Below are positions 48,470-57,487 of a stretch of 64,000 nucleotides of DNA, in pieces (the stretch's first letter is position 1; every line of letters begins with the position of its first letter). The notes under the pieces are model-generated. The model saw nothing but the letters and a program-made list of their open reading frames with translations. It did no database searches and was not told the origin of the DNA. The translations under genes were made by a program, and so were the position numbers. Origin of the DNA: an uncultured virus (IMG/VR IMGVR_UViG_3300042695_001232) (lineage: Duplodnaviria; Heunggongvirae; Uroviricota; Caudoviricetes); the IMG/VR virus record IMGVR_UViG_3300042695_001232; one strand, written 5' to 3'.

Positions 48470-49328
48470 AAAAAAACTGTGCCGTCATCGGCACCGAAAC
48501 CCTTTCCTCATGCGAACATTCATCACATCCAAAATCAAACGTCATATCCAAATCAGGAGTTTGTTCACGTACATGTTGTCTAAACGCCAAACTATCTCTC
48601 GATGGCATTTCTTGTGTTACAAACTTCTGAATAAACGCTCTATCTGAATTACCATCAATCGATAAAATCATGTTACGCAAACGTGTGGTAACGTCACTAC
48701 TTGCATTCTTATTGATCTTGACCATAGCCTTGATTTCAGCATCAATTGTCATTTCATCACGGTGTGTTAATAACTTGTACTTAACAACCTTCTTGGTATA
48801 TGGTAAAAGAAATTCAAACTCGTTCTGACCCTTAGGGTACACAGTTAAATCCAATTCCTTAGACTTCATCAGACTAAGATCAATCTTTCGTTCACACTCA
48901 GTCTGACACTTAGGACACGTAATCTTGACGGGACCATAAACATCACCGTAGGCAAGTCGTCTTGCCGCAAAAAACGCTGCGTTCTTGTCACCAATAAGAA
49001 TATCATCAATTTTAACCTGAGTTACAATCAACGATTCAAGAAGTTTATCCAAAACGACACCTTTACGAATTAGATTCTGATTGGTGAGAATATCTTCTTC
49101 CTTTGCAGTCATCATTTTCAATTCCAAATGTCCATCTGAAAGAGGATGACCTTCTGGATAAAAATGACCCTCACTTGGCAATTCAATTGTCTCAGTTGGA
49201 AACTTGCTAACAACCTTTTGGGGAATATCAGTTTGATTAAACGGAACTGACATTGATGGTTGACGTGCAATAGGTGGACCGCCAACAATTGTCGATGGTC
49301 GTGTAATGGAAATATTTTCTTCACTCAT
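48450..49328 (-). CDS. tail assembly chaperone / T4 gp26-like hub assembly protein
   Basis: ELPSEG, MTAKEEDIL, GDK, CPKC and CDEC zinc motifs, ends QFFWP. Confidence 0.75.
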   Translation of the reverse strand: MSEENISITRPSTIVGGPPIARQPSMSVPFNQTDIPQKVVSKFPTETIELPSEGHFYPEGHPLSDGHLELKMMTAKEEDILTNQNLIRKGVVLDKLLESLIVTQVKIDDILIGDKNAAFFAARRLAYGDVYGPVKITCPKCQTECERKIDLSLMKSKELDLTVYPKGQNEFEFLLPYTKKVVKYKLLTHRDEMTIDAEIKAMVKINKNASSDVTTRLRNMILSIDGNSDRAFIQKFVTQEMPSRDSLAFRQHVREQTPDLDMTFDFGCDECSHEERVSVPMTAQFFWPDSGG

Positions 49329-49392
49329 AATAACTCTTTAATGTAACAATATATAGTATCTCAATAAAACTTTTTGTTATTTTAATTAAGTA

Positions 49393-49740
49393 TCAAGATC
49401 CACCTTTTTGTGCAGCTTTCAAACTATCATTTGCTGCATCTAGACCATCTCTGGATTTTTTTGTATTTTCCTTTGCCGTATTTAATGCTTCTGTTTCTTT
49501 TGATTTGTCTTCTCCACGATTTTCTGCAGCATCAAGTGTATCGGACGCGGTTTGTTCACGTTCTAGTGACTGCGCAACAAGTACTTTAGCGATATCAACA
49601 CCTACTTTTGCTACTTGTACCTTTAATCCTTGTTGTTTTTTCCTCAAACCATCCAATGTTTTTGTGAATTTATCGGAATCAACCACTTCAGACAATACTT
49701 CGTTAATGATTGATTTCAATTCTGATCTGGTAATCTTCAT
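49393..49740 (-). CDS. hypothetical coiled-coil late protein
   Basis: Starts MKITRSELKSIINEVLSE; TATTTATA immediately upstream. Confidence 0.7.
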   Translation of the reverse strand: MKITRSELKSIINEVLSEVVDSDKFTKTLDGLRKKQQGLKVQVAKVGVDIAKVLVAQSLEREQTASDTLDAAENRGEDKSKETEALNTAKENTKKSRDGLDAANDSLKAAQKGGS

Positions 49741-49763
49741 ATCGTATAAATAGTATACCGCAT

Positions 49764-49797
49764 AAAAAACCTCCCAACTGTTTGAGTTGAGAGGTTT
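49764..49797 (-). terminator. rho-independent terminator after the tail tube gene
   Basis: Minus strand AAACCTCTCAACT-loop-AGTTGGGAGGTTTTTT. Confidence 0.75.
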
Positions 49798-49818
49798 GAA
49801 TACAATAGATGTTTTATA

Positions 49819-50310
49819 TTAAAATTGAAGTATAGCGTAATCGTAGGCGAGGTTCAATGTAATATTCAATGAATCTCCCATATTTGACCAATCAACACTA
49901 CCGAACTCTGCACTTACAATTTGTGCACCCTTCAATACCCACTCTTCAACCTTGTCACCTACTGGACCAAGAATTGAAATGGCGCAATCCTTCTTATAAA
50001 AGTCAAGATAACCATCACGGCCAGTTACAGATTCGTGATGCAAACGTACCCATTCCATAACAGCCTGAGCACCAGATGGTGCAATTGGGTCATAAAGTTC
50101 AAGACTAATGTCGTTCCAAACGCTCTTACCTTTATAGTAACGTTGTGTATTGATATAATCAATGGTCTTCTTTTCTTGATTCAACTTTGGACGATCCGTC
50201 TTTTTGATGATGAAAGATGGAATACCGTCAACACTGAAAATGAAACGGTTTTGAACTTTTGGTTCAAATACGGTGTAAAACATTTCGTTTGGATTTAGTA
50301 GATCTGCCAT
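49819..50310 (-). CDS. tail tube protein (gp19-like)
   Basis: FEPKVQNRF, YYKGKSVWNDI..YDPI, VMEW, YKKD, EEWVLKGA, LAYDYA. Confidence 0.9.
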   Translation of the reverse strand: MADLLNPNEMFYTVFEPKVQNRFIFSVDGIPSFIIKKTDRPKLNQEKKTIDYINTQRYYKGKSVWNDISLELYDPIAPSGAQAVMEWVRLHHESVTGRDGYLDFYKKDCAISILGPVGDKVEEWVLKGAQIVSAEFGSVDWSNMGDSLNITLNLAYDYAILQF

Positions 50311-50371
50311 ATATTTTTATTATTAGGTCTTGTATATAAATAGTTTTAGTTTTCGATTTTTTCTAAAAATC

Positions 50372-51058
50372 TTATGATTCTTTTAATGAATTTTGCGTAT
50401 CATAAACTTTATTAACAGCAGTTTTCAAATTATCAACGTGATTACGAGTACGAAGTAATTTGAAAACAATGTTTTCCACACTGAATTCACCACCTTTACT
50501 TAAACCAGCTTCACGCATATCGTATACTGATTTTAACACACGTTTTAAATCTGTTAAGTTATTTGACTTGATAGCATTTTTAATTTGTACCACCATATCT
50601 GTGTATTTTTGTTGAATTACGTTCTTATCCAAATTCAAATTCAACTTCTGTGGTACTTTTATCCACTTATTGTTCAAAATACTGTATATTCCTAATGCTC
50701 TATTGGTTTCTTTAATATCCTGAATATACAACTCTACTCGGTGACCATGAATACGTATGTCATGATTTTTATTCCAATTGGCTTTAATACTATCTACCAT
50801 TTTTTTTACAAGATCGTGTTCCAATCCAAGTTTATCAAAATTGATCAAAATATGAAGATCAATATCACTTGTTGGACCCCAATTGTAATTTGCAGCACTT
50901 CCCAACATGTACACATCTTCAATTGGTGCTGACAATTCTGTCTCTTCATAAAAGTCCTGAGCAACTTTTAGTAAAGCGTCACGAACATCTGGCTGTATTG
51001 TTTTATCATTGTTCCAGATATTGGGATTGAGTGTATTGTTATAAATTACCGCTTTCAT
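50372..51058 (-). CDS. Pol-beta-superfamily nucleotidyltransferase
   Basis: GSAANYNW..SDIDLHI, VELYIQD, GEFSVENIVFKLLR. Confidence 0.8.
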   Translation of the reverse strand: MKAVIYNNTLNPNIWNNDKTIQPDVRDALLKVAQDFYEETELSAPIEDVYMLGSAANYNWGPTSDIDLHILINFDKLGLEHDLVKKMVDSIKANWNKNHDIRIHGHRVELYIQDIKETNRALGIYSILNNKWIKVPQKLNLNLDKNVIQQKYTDMVVQIKNAIKSNNLTDLKRVLKSVYDMREAGLSKGGEFSVENIVFKLLRTRNHVDNLKTAVNKVYDTQNSLKES

Positions 51059-51059
51059 A

Positions 51060-51686
51060 TTATATATTTGACCAACTATATCCGTAACTTTCTTGTGTTA
51101 TTCCTAAAATTCTTTTTAATTCAGGTATAGTTGATTCCGCTTTTTTGTGTTCAATTGCAGTTCCACCTTTTGCTCTCCATTGAGATATATTCGAAGGCAA
51201 ATCATCAATTAATATATGATTTGGTCCTAACGCATATTGTTGCTTAGCTTCTGAACTATCAACTAGTATTATATTTTCGTCTTTAGGTGTTGGAGTTAAA
51301 TTGGTTGATAACCACTTACGTTTACCAATTTCAGCATTATTAGTTTTTGACCTTCTGGAAGATGTACTACTTAAAATTTTGACCGGTACTTTTAATGATG
51401 TTATAAACTTCCAAAGAACATCACAATCTTCCATTTTTGGCAATATTGACCACCACGTAATACCATGATCCGGTGGAGCGCTCCATATTAGTCTCCAAAT
51501 TTCACTACTTTGATTTCTTTGATCAAATTCAGCAGCAGATACTCCATTGGATAACTTTTCAAATCCCTTATCAAAATCAGCTAAAACTCCATCCATGTCA
51601 CAATAAATGACCGTTGAATTTTCATCATCAGTCTCCAATAGATTATGATCAAAAACTTCAAGAAGAGTTTGTTTTAATTGTATCAT
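51060..51686 (-). CDS. HAD-family 5'(3')-deoxyribonucleotidase-like protein
   Basis: YCDMDGVLADF, ILSS, GKRKWL, ILIDD...W..KGG. ATG at 51686 preferred. Confidence 0.85.
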   Translation of the reverse strand: MIQLKQTLLEVFDHNLLETDDENSTVIYCDMDGVLADFDKGFEKLSNGVSAAEFDQRNQSSEIWRLIWSAPPDHGITWWSILPKMEDCDVLWKFITSLKVPVKILSSTSSRRSKTNNAEIGKRKWLSTNLTPTPKDENIILVDSSEAKQQYALGPNHILIDDLPSNISQWRAKGGTAIEHKKAESTIPELKRILGITQESYGYSWSNI

Positions 51687-51767
51687 TTGAGTATAAATAT
51701 CAAGAAAATTCAATAAGATCTTGACAATGTGAGAAATTACCTATAAGCATTGCTGCGCAATAATCAA

Positions 51768-51980
51768 TTAATCACTTTTTTCACTTTTTAAAAAATCTAT
51801 AACTTTAATTAGTAGTTTTGAACTGCTTGAATCGCAAAAACATATCTGCTTATATTCTTTTGAGTTTTCACAACTCCAAGCCAAATCAGTATCTCCAGTC
51901 TGGCCATAATCAGGCGCAGCAATCACATGATTTAGTTTATTATCATCATAAACCTCAAATTTATCATTGTTTGTTTCCAC
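51768..51980 (-). CDS. small hypothetical protein
   Basis: GTG start at 51980 (METNNDKF...) directly after a TATTTATA motif. Confidence 0.5.
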   Translation of the reverse strand: METNNDKFEVYDDNKLNHVIAAPDYGQTGDTDLAWSCENSKEYKQICFCDSSSSKLLIKVIDFLKSEKSD

Positions 51981-52013
51981 ATATATAAATATCAATATAC
52001 AGCAATACAAAAC

Positions 52014-52044
52014 AAAAAACCTCACCTAGAAATAGGTGAGGTTT
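52014..52044 (-). terminator. rho-independent terminator
   Basis: AAACCTCACCTA-GAAA-TAGGTGAGGTTT with an A run on the + side. Confidence 0.85.
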
Positions 52045-52047
52045 GAG

Positions 52048-53835
52048 TTATTTTCGTGTCCATTCAAACTTAAAGTGTCCACAGTCCCATATGCGATCAT
52101 AACCATTAATTTGCATGTTCTGCCATTCACTCAAACCACTATCAAACTTTTCTAAGATTCTATTAAGCTTGTGTTTTTGAAAATGAGTTCTATTCATTGG
52201 AATACCGTTATTTTTATGAAAATAATGATAACCACAGGGAGTATTTTTCAACCTCCGCATACCCAACCTTTCGTAAACTTTTCCTGTAAATAAACGTTTA
52301 TCGCTGTAAGTCACAACTGAACTCACATCATAATTTTTAATAAAATGCGTGAATAACTTAGAAGATCCTCCCACAATATTTGTGTTTAACAAATTGCAAT
52401 ATCTAGATAGTTCGTATTGATATTTTTTATCGTATCTGGATTTGACAAATGTCATTATAGAAACCAATGCGTTGTTATGATATAACCCTAATCGTACTGA
52501 TGACGTATCATCTCCCTGTATATGATTGTCTTCCAAAAAGGTTGATTTATCTTCATTTGACACTTCTTTAACCACACATTTTCGTGCATAAACTTTCGCA
52601 GATTTACCCATCTTATTAATCAAAATACTTTTAATTATAGAGTTTTTGCACCGCCATTCCCAATCCCATATGTGCATCAATTGAATATTTTTATCAAGTG
52701 ATAACTTAGTTTTGTTTAAATGATAGTGTTTATCTTTACCGCCAACAAGTTCACTATGCCAGTATATTCCGTTATATTCGATACCCAAATTTAAGTTTGG
52801 TATTAAAATATCAATTTCTTGTCCATTTAATGTATTTCTATCATTCTCTATAATTTCAGCATCACAAATTGTTTTTATATAAGATAAAATTTCTTTTTCT
52901 TCACTTGAAATATTACTTGTTATTGGATTACAAATTCTGCAAATAGGCGAACTACCATTACACATATCATCTACAAAAATATTAGAACATCTTAAACATT
53001 CAAATTTATATTTTTTATATTCATTCACACCAACATATTCATCTTCTGAAAATAAAAATTTAACAATTGATGAATATTTTTCTTCTAATCGTTTAAATGA
53101 TTTTTTTAATAAAATATTTGAATATGACCCATATTTTTCTATAGTTGTTTTTTTAGCTTTGTTACTAAAGTTTTTAGTGCCATATCTGTCTAATTTTGTT
53201 TTGTTTGCTTTATTACTAAAATCTAATGTACCATATTTATCTAGTTTAGTCCGTTTTGATTTATCGTTTACATTTAAAGTACCGTACTTTTTTAATTTTG
53301 TTTTGTTTGCTTTATCACTAAAATCTAAAGTTCCATATTTATTTAATTTTGTTTGTTTAGCAATCTCGTTATTATTAAAATATTCATGTCCATATTTATT
53401 TAATTTTGTTTTTTTAGATTTTTCTTGTACCTCTTTCAACGAAAAAATACTTTCTACGCCGTATTTTTCTAAATTATTTTGAATTAATGTATTTTTTCGT
53501 TTGTCGTTTCTTTCACTTGATTTAGCATGAAACGTTTCACATTCAGGTGAACATAATTTTTTTCTTTTAGAACTTCTCGTAACTACAAAAGTAGTATTAC
53601 AATAGATGCAATTTCTATTTTCTAAATTTGTTTTTTGTTGATGCTTATTATGACACACAGTATTACAAAAAATTTTATTTTTAATTGTAGACTGTTTTCC
53701 TAATAGGACGTTGCAAAATTTACAAAAAATATCTGATGAATTTACATACAAATTTTCACATATAATATTACAAAAAAAATTACTATGATTATCGCTCAAT
53801 CTTTTTTTACATTGATTACATCTTTTATAAGGCAT
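52048..53835 (-). CDS. free-standing putative homing endonuclease (Zn-finger N-terminus, KYG repeats, PD-(D/E)xK/Vsr-like domain)
   Basis: Several CxxC motifs, ~17-aa KTKLxKYG repeats, EIDILIP..GIEYNGIYWH, HIQG/ELSRYC/GGSSKLF/YSD C-terminal domain; markedly AT-rich. Confidence 0.75.
   Translation of the reverse strand: MPYKRCNQCKKRLSDNHSNFFCNIICENLYVNSSDIFCKFCNVLLGKQSTIKNKIFCNTVCHNKHQQKTNLENRNCIYCNTTFVVTRSSKRKKLCSPECETFHAKSSERNDKRKNTLIQNNLEKYGVESIFSLKEVQEKSKKTKLNKYGHEYFNNNEIAKQTKLNKYGTLDFSDKANKTKLKKYGTLNVNDKSKRTKLDKYGTLDFSNKANKTKLDRYGTKNFSNKAKKTTIEKYGSYSNILLKKSFKRLEEKYSSIVKFLFSEDEYVGVNEYKKYKFECLRCSNIFVDDMCNGSSPICRICNPITSNISSEEKEILSYIKTICDAEIIENDRNTLNGQEIDILIPNLNLGIEYNGIYWHSELVGGKDKHYHLNKTKLSLDKNIQLMHIWDWEWRCKNSIIKSILINKMGKSAKVYARKCVVKEVSNEDKSTFLEDNHIQGDDTSSVRLGLYHNNALVSIMTFVKSRYDKKYQYELSRYCNLLNTNIVGGSSKLFTHFIKNYDVSSVVTYSDKRLFTGKVYERLGMRRLKNTPCGYHYFHKNNGIPMNRTHFQKHKLNRILEKFDSGLSEWQNMQINGYDRIWDCGHFKFEWTRK
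53130..53470 (-). repeat. imperfect ~51-bp coding tandem repeats (DFSxKANKTKLxKYGTL)
   Basis: About six KxTxxxKYG units in the translation. Confidence 0.75.
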
Positions 53836-53910
53836 ATATTGTCATGGTGTTACTATGATATACTATAAATATAGTATAAAAAACTAGAATTGTAAAATTA
53901 TTTTTTAAAT

Positions 53911-53944
53911 AAAAAAACCCCACCTATTTCTAGGTGAGGTTTTG
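53911..53944 (-). terminator. rho-independent terminator after the tail sheath gene
   Basis: Minus strand AAAACCTCACCTA-GAAA-TAGGTGGGGTTTTTTT. Confidence 0.85.
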
Positions 53945-53962
53945 ATTAATCGGTTACTTTAA

Positions 53963-56900
53963 TTAAGCACCGAACGATGCACCCGTAGGCAAGATGTTGA
54001 AATCAAGAATAATGAATTCAGCAGTCTTGGTTGGTTGTAGGAAGATTTGACCATAAAGGATATTTCTATCAATCAAATCAGGTGTATTATTTGTTTCATC
54101 CATCTTCACTTGGAAAGCGTACACACCACTACGTTGTTGAACCTGTTCAAGGTAAGGATTTACAATACTCAAGAAACGGTTACGTGTATTTGCGACGTTC
54201 TGTTCGAAAATCAAGAAACGTGAACTTGAAGCAATAAACTTCTTCAAGTTGATCATCAAACGACGAACATTGATACGATCCAATGCACTTGGGGCAATTT
54301 GAAGAGTTTTTTGACCCCATACACAGATACCCTGACCGGGGAATGCTGCAATTGGGTTCACACGACCTTCATAGAGGGTATCACGTTCACCGTGTGTCAA
54401 ACGATCCAACACTTGAACTGCTTGTGTAATACCACCACGGTTTAAACCAGCTGGAGCAAACCATTCAGCAGATGCTTTATCGTTTGCTGCGTAGATAGCA
54501 GGTAGAACAACTGATGGTGGAACACTAACAATCTTGTTCAAATTGGTATCAAGAATCTTGACCCATGGATAGTATGTAGCAACGTAACTGCTGTCAATTG
54601 TAGCAGCCACATTAATAGCAGCATCAATCAATCCAACGCTTTGATTGCTCTTAGGGAATACCACGTTATCCATGATATAGAAACAATCACCACGTGCTTC
54701 ACACATATCAATTGTCAACTGTGCCACATAACTGTGGTGTTGATAGAAGATACCCGGAGTCACAATCAAGTTAATATCAAACTCGTCAGCATTACCTAGT
54801 GCACCAATACATTGTCTGTAAGCAATACTGCCTGGACTTGTAATACTAGTACAGTTCAAACCTTGCGTGTTGCCTGGAATGATATCAGATCCAACGTTGA
54901 TTGGAATTGCTGGTGATTGACCATCAAATCCACCTTGGAATCCAAGTATAAACTTACGCATCTTCACACGGGTTGATTCGTATGCAGCGTCATAAGTTGA
55001 TGGAATACCAGCACTGTCGTTTTGAACATCTGGTTGTTTAGAACCAACTGGATTGTATGTATCACCTGTTTCAAGGTCAAATACAACATTGTTGCCAATT
55101 GAACTAAATCCTTCATAAGAAGGCAATGGAGCAAAGTATTGAATATTGTCGTTATATACACTGTATACACCAAGTGATGATGTAGGATACAATGCCAACA
55201 AATCATCAGCTGCACCAATTGGTGGTTCACCGAATACAATACCAGATGGATATCTACCCGGAGCAGTTGAATATGTTGATGCGCGACTGAATTGAACTGG
55301 TGGCAAATATCCACCGACGTTACCACCAAGTGGTGTAGCAAGAGCATCAAATCCGTAAGGAACTGCTGATATTGGATACACGTTCTCGGTCATTTCAATA
55401 CGAATATTCTTACTCAAATTGGAATACGTACCAAACTCAATAATCTTACCGGAGTAAGAAATATAGTTGTAACGATCACCAATACGACGAGCAATGAAGT
55501 TGCTGCTATCAGGATCAAGATTCAAGTTTTGGAAACGTTCCAAATACTTAGGATTCTTATCAGTATCACTAAACTTACGTACTGCCAATGTAAATGAACC
55601 ATAATCACTACCAGTAACGGTACCAGCGAGTTTTACATCACTGATTTCGATCTTGTATGACGTGTTCATATTGGTTCCGTCAGCAAGAGTGTGAACACGG
55701 AATAATGGGAAACGTTGTGGTTGTGCAGTTACATCTGATGTACCAGTAAATGGTGCAACTTGTTGTGAGTTAATCCAAGGTGTTGATGCCCACTTCAAAC
55801 TAAAATCACTATCACCAGTTGTTGGTGCGTAACCGTAGTCGTCAGTAAACTTCATTGGATTACCATTAAAGGTAAGTTCATTTGCACCCCCAGATGGAAC
55901 ATATGGAGCTGAACTACCAACAATCAACCATCCATCAGATGGATCTGTTGCTTCTTGAACAATACGTCCAATTGTATCCTTGAAGATCTTATATAAATAA
56001 GCAGCTTCAATCTTTTGACCAGCAACTTGTTTTGCTGGATCACCAGCAGTTGGATCAGATCCAAACACGTTGGTAATATAATTAGAACTTGCTGGATCCA
56101 ATGAGAATTCATAGATTCCGTAACTTCCACTTGTACCACCGATGTTATAACGCAAATCAAGAACAAAGTCTTGTGCGGTCGGATCAATACTACCACTGTA
56201 CAATCCTGATGTTGCAATCTTCTTACTTAAAGCAGAACCCTCAAATCCATATACAACTTGTGCCAATTTGTTATTGGCATCAGATTGAATGGCTGCATTT
56301 TGTGTATTTGCCAATACAGCTAAAACTATAGACTCACGAGCAACACCATCATTACAAGGATCTCCACCAGAAACCGTAGTTTCAACAAATGAAGTGTATT
56401 TACCAAAACTACCGCTAATGTTACATGTCAATTGAATTTGAACACCACAGCTATTAGCTGGACGATATTTAGCAAAACTGATGTTATTGATAATAACTTC
56501 AGATGCGGTACCAGACACAGGGAAATCATCACTCAACTTAACCAAACTGCTGCTTGTTGCCAAACTTCCAGAGAACTTTCCGGTTTGTTCAGCAAGAGCA
56601 CGCAACAACTTAGCATCTGCACTAAGTGATCCGTCACCTTGATAACTTGAACTGATTTCAAAGTGCGCAGCATCAAATGTAAAATGTACATCACCGATGT
56701 AACGAGTGGTATATGTCTTGTTGCCTGGTGTTCCCGGTGGGTTGTACACTGAGAATGAACTGGTTTCAAAGTTTGCGTACAAACTACCAGTAATCGTCAA
56801 TGTTTCAGTTGCACTAGAACTGACATATTGAATATTGACCATGATATCATCAGGATCAAGAGCAATATATGATGAATCAGCAGTTCCCAAAGCGGTAAAT

Positions 56901-57268
56901 GAACCACTTTCGGTGGCACGATTATAATAACCCGGAATTGCGTAAATCACAAACGGATTATCTTGTTCGTAACCTGTTAACGCACCTACACGACACACAG
57001 TCACAAGACCTTGTTCTTGTAGATATTGTTTAGCAGTGTAAGGACCGTAATATACTCCGTCCGCTACACCAAATTTTTCTTCTAACTCAGCAACGCTGGT
57101 GACAACTGTTGGAGCAAAACCCGGTCCCTTTGGAAAGGGAGCGACAATTGCTCCACCAATATCAGCAACACCCTGAGCGAGACCTGATAGGTCGTTTTCA
57201 CGACTAAAAACGCCCGGACTCACTATTGGATTATGTGGAGTAAATGTACCCCCTTCTGTAATTGGCAT
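53963..57268 (-). CDS. contractile tail sheath protein (gp18-like), enlarged
   Basis: VSPGVFSRE, KGP, YYPWV, WFAPAGLNRG, LYEGRVNPI, WGQKTL, DRINVRRL, PTKTAEFI. Confidence 0.95.
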   Translation of the reverse strand: MPITEGGTFTPHNPIVSPGVFSRENDLSGLAQGVADIGGAIVAPFPKGPGFAPTVVTSVAELEEKFGVADGVYYGPYTAKQYLQEQGLVTVCRVGALTGYEQDNPFVIYAIPGYYNRATESGSFTALGTADSSYIALDPDDIMVNIQYVSSSATETLTITGSLYANFETSSFSVYNPPGTPGNKTYTTRYIGDVHFTFDAAHFEISSSYQGDGSLSADAKLLRALAEQTGKFSGSLATSSSLVKLSDDFPVSGTASEVIINNISFAKYRPANSCGVQIQLTCNISGSFGKYTSFVETTVSGGDPCNDGVARESIVLAVLANTQNAAIQSDANNKLAQVVYGFEGSALSKKIATSGLYSGSIDPTAQDFVLDLRYNIGGTSGSYGIYEFSLDPASSNYITNVFGSDPTAGDPAKQVAGQKIEAAYLYKIFKDTIGRIVQEATDPSDGWLIVGSSAPYVPSGGANELTFNGNPMKFTDDYGYAPTTGDSDFSLKWASTPWINSQQVAPFTGTSDVTAQPQRFPLFRVHTLADGTNMNTSYKIEISDVKLAGTVTGSDYGSFTLAVRKFSDTDKNPKYLERFQNLNLDPDSSNFIARRIGDRYNYISYSGKIIEFGTYSNLSKNIRIEMTENVYPISAVPYGFDALATPLGGNVGGYLPPVQFSRASTYSTAPGRYPSGIVFGEPPIGAADDLLALYPTSSLGVYSVYNDNIQYFAPLPSYEGFSSIGNNVVFDLETGDTYNPVGSKQPDVQNDSAGIPSTYDAAYESTRVKMRKFILGFQGGFDGQSPAIPINVGSDIIPGNTQGLNCTSITSPGSIAYRQCIGALGNADEFDINLIVTPGIFYQHHSYVAQLTIDMCEARGDCFYIMDNVVFPKSNQSVGLIDAAINVAATIDSSYVATYYPWVKILDTNLNKIVSVPPSVVLPAIYAANDKASAEWFAPAGLNRGGITQAVQVLDRLTHGERDTLYEGRVNPIAAFPGQGICVWGQKTLQIAPSALDRINVRRLMINLKKFIASSSRFLIFEQNVANTRNRFLSIVNPYLEQVQQRSGVYAFQVKMDETNNTPDLIDRNILYGQIFLQPTKTAEFIILDFNILPTGASFGA

Positions 57269-57487
57269 ATGTTAAATTTCCTTTCAATTAGTTAAGTTGC
57301 ATGAAAAACATACAAAAAACTCTAAATATAAATATTTCTAAAAATTTGAAAGACAACATATTTATATTTTAAGTCTACTTTTTAAAGAAATGTCATATGC
57401 ACACTCATACTGACGTTTAGTACCCTATAATATGGGTATTAAACATCTTCCCAATTAACCACTAAAACATACCCCAATCAATTGATT

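Noticed and set aside
51721..51750. TTGACA on the + strand as an antisense promoter
   Set aside because: No good -10 at 16-18 nt spacing and no + strand ORF downstream.
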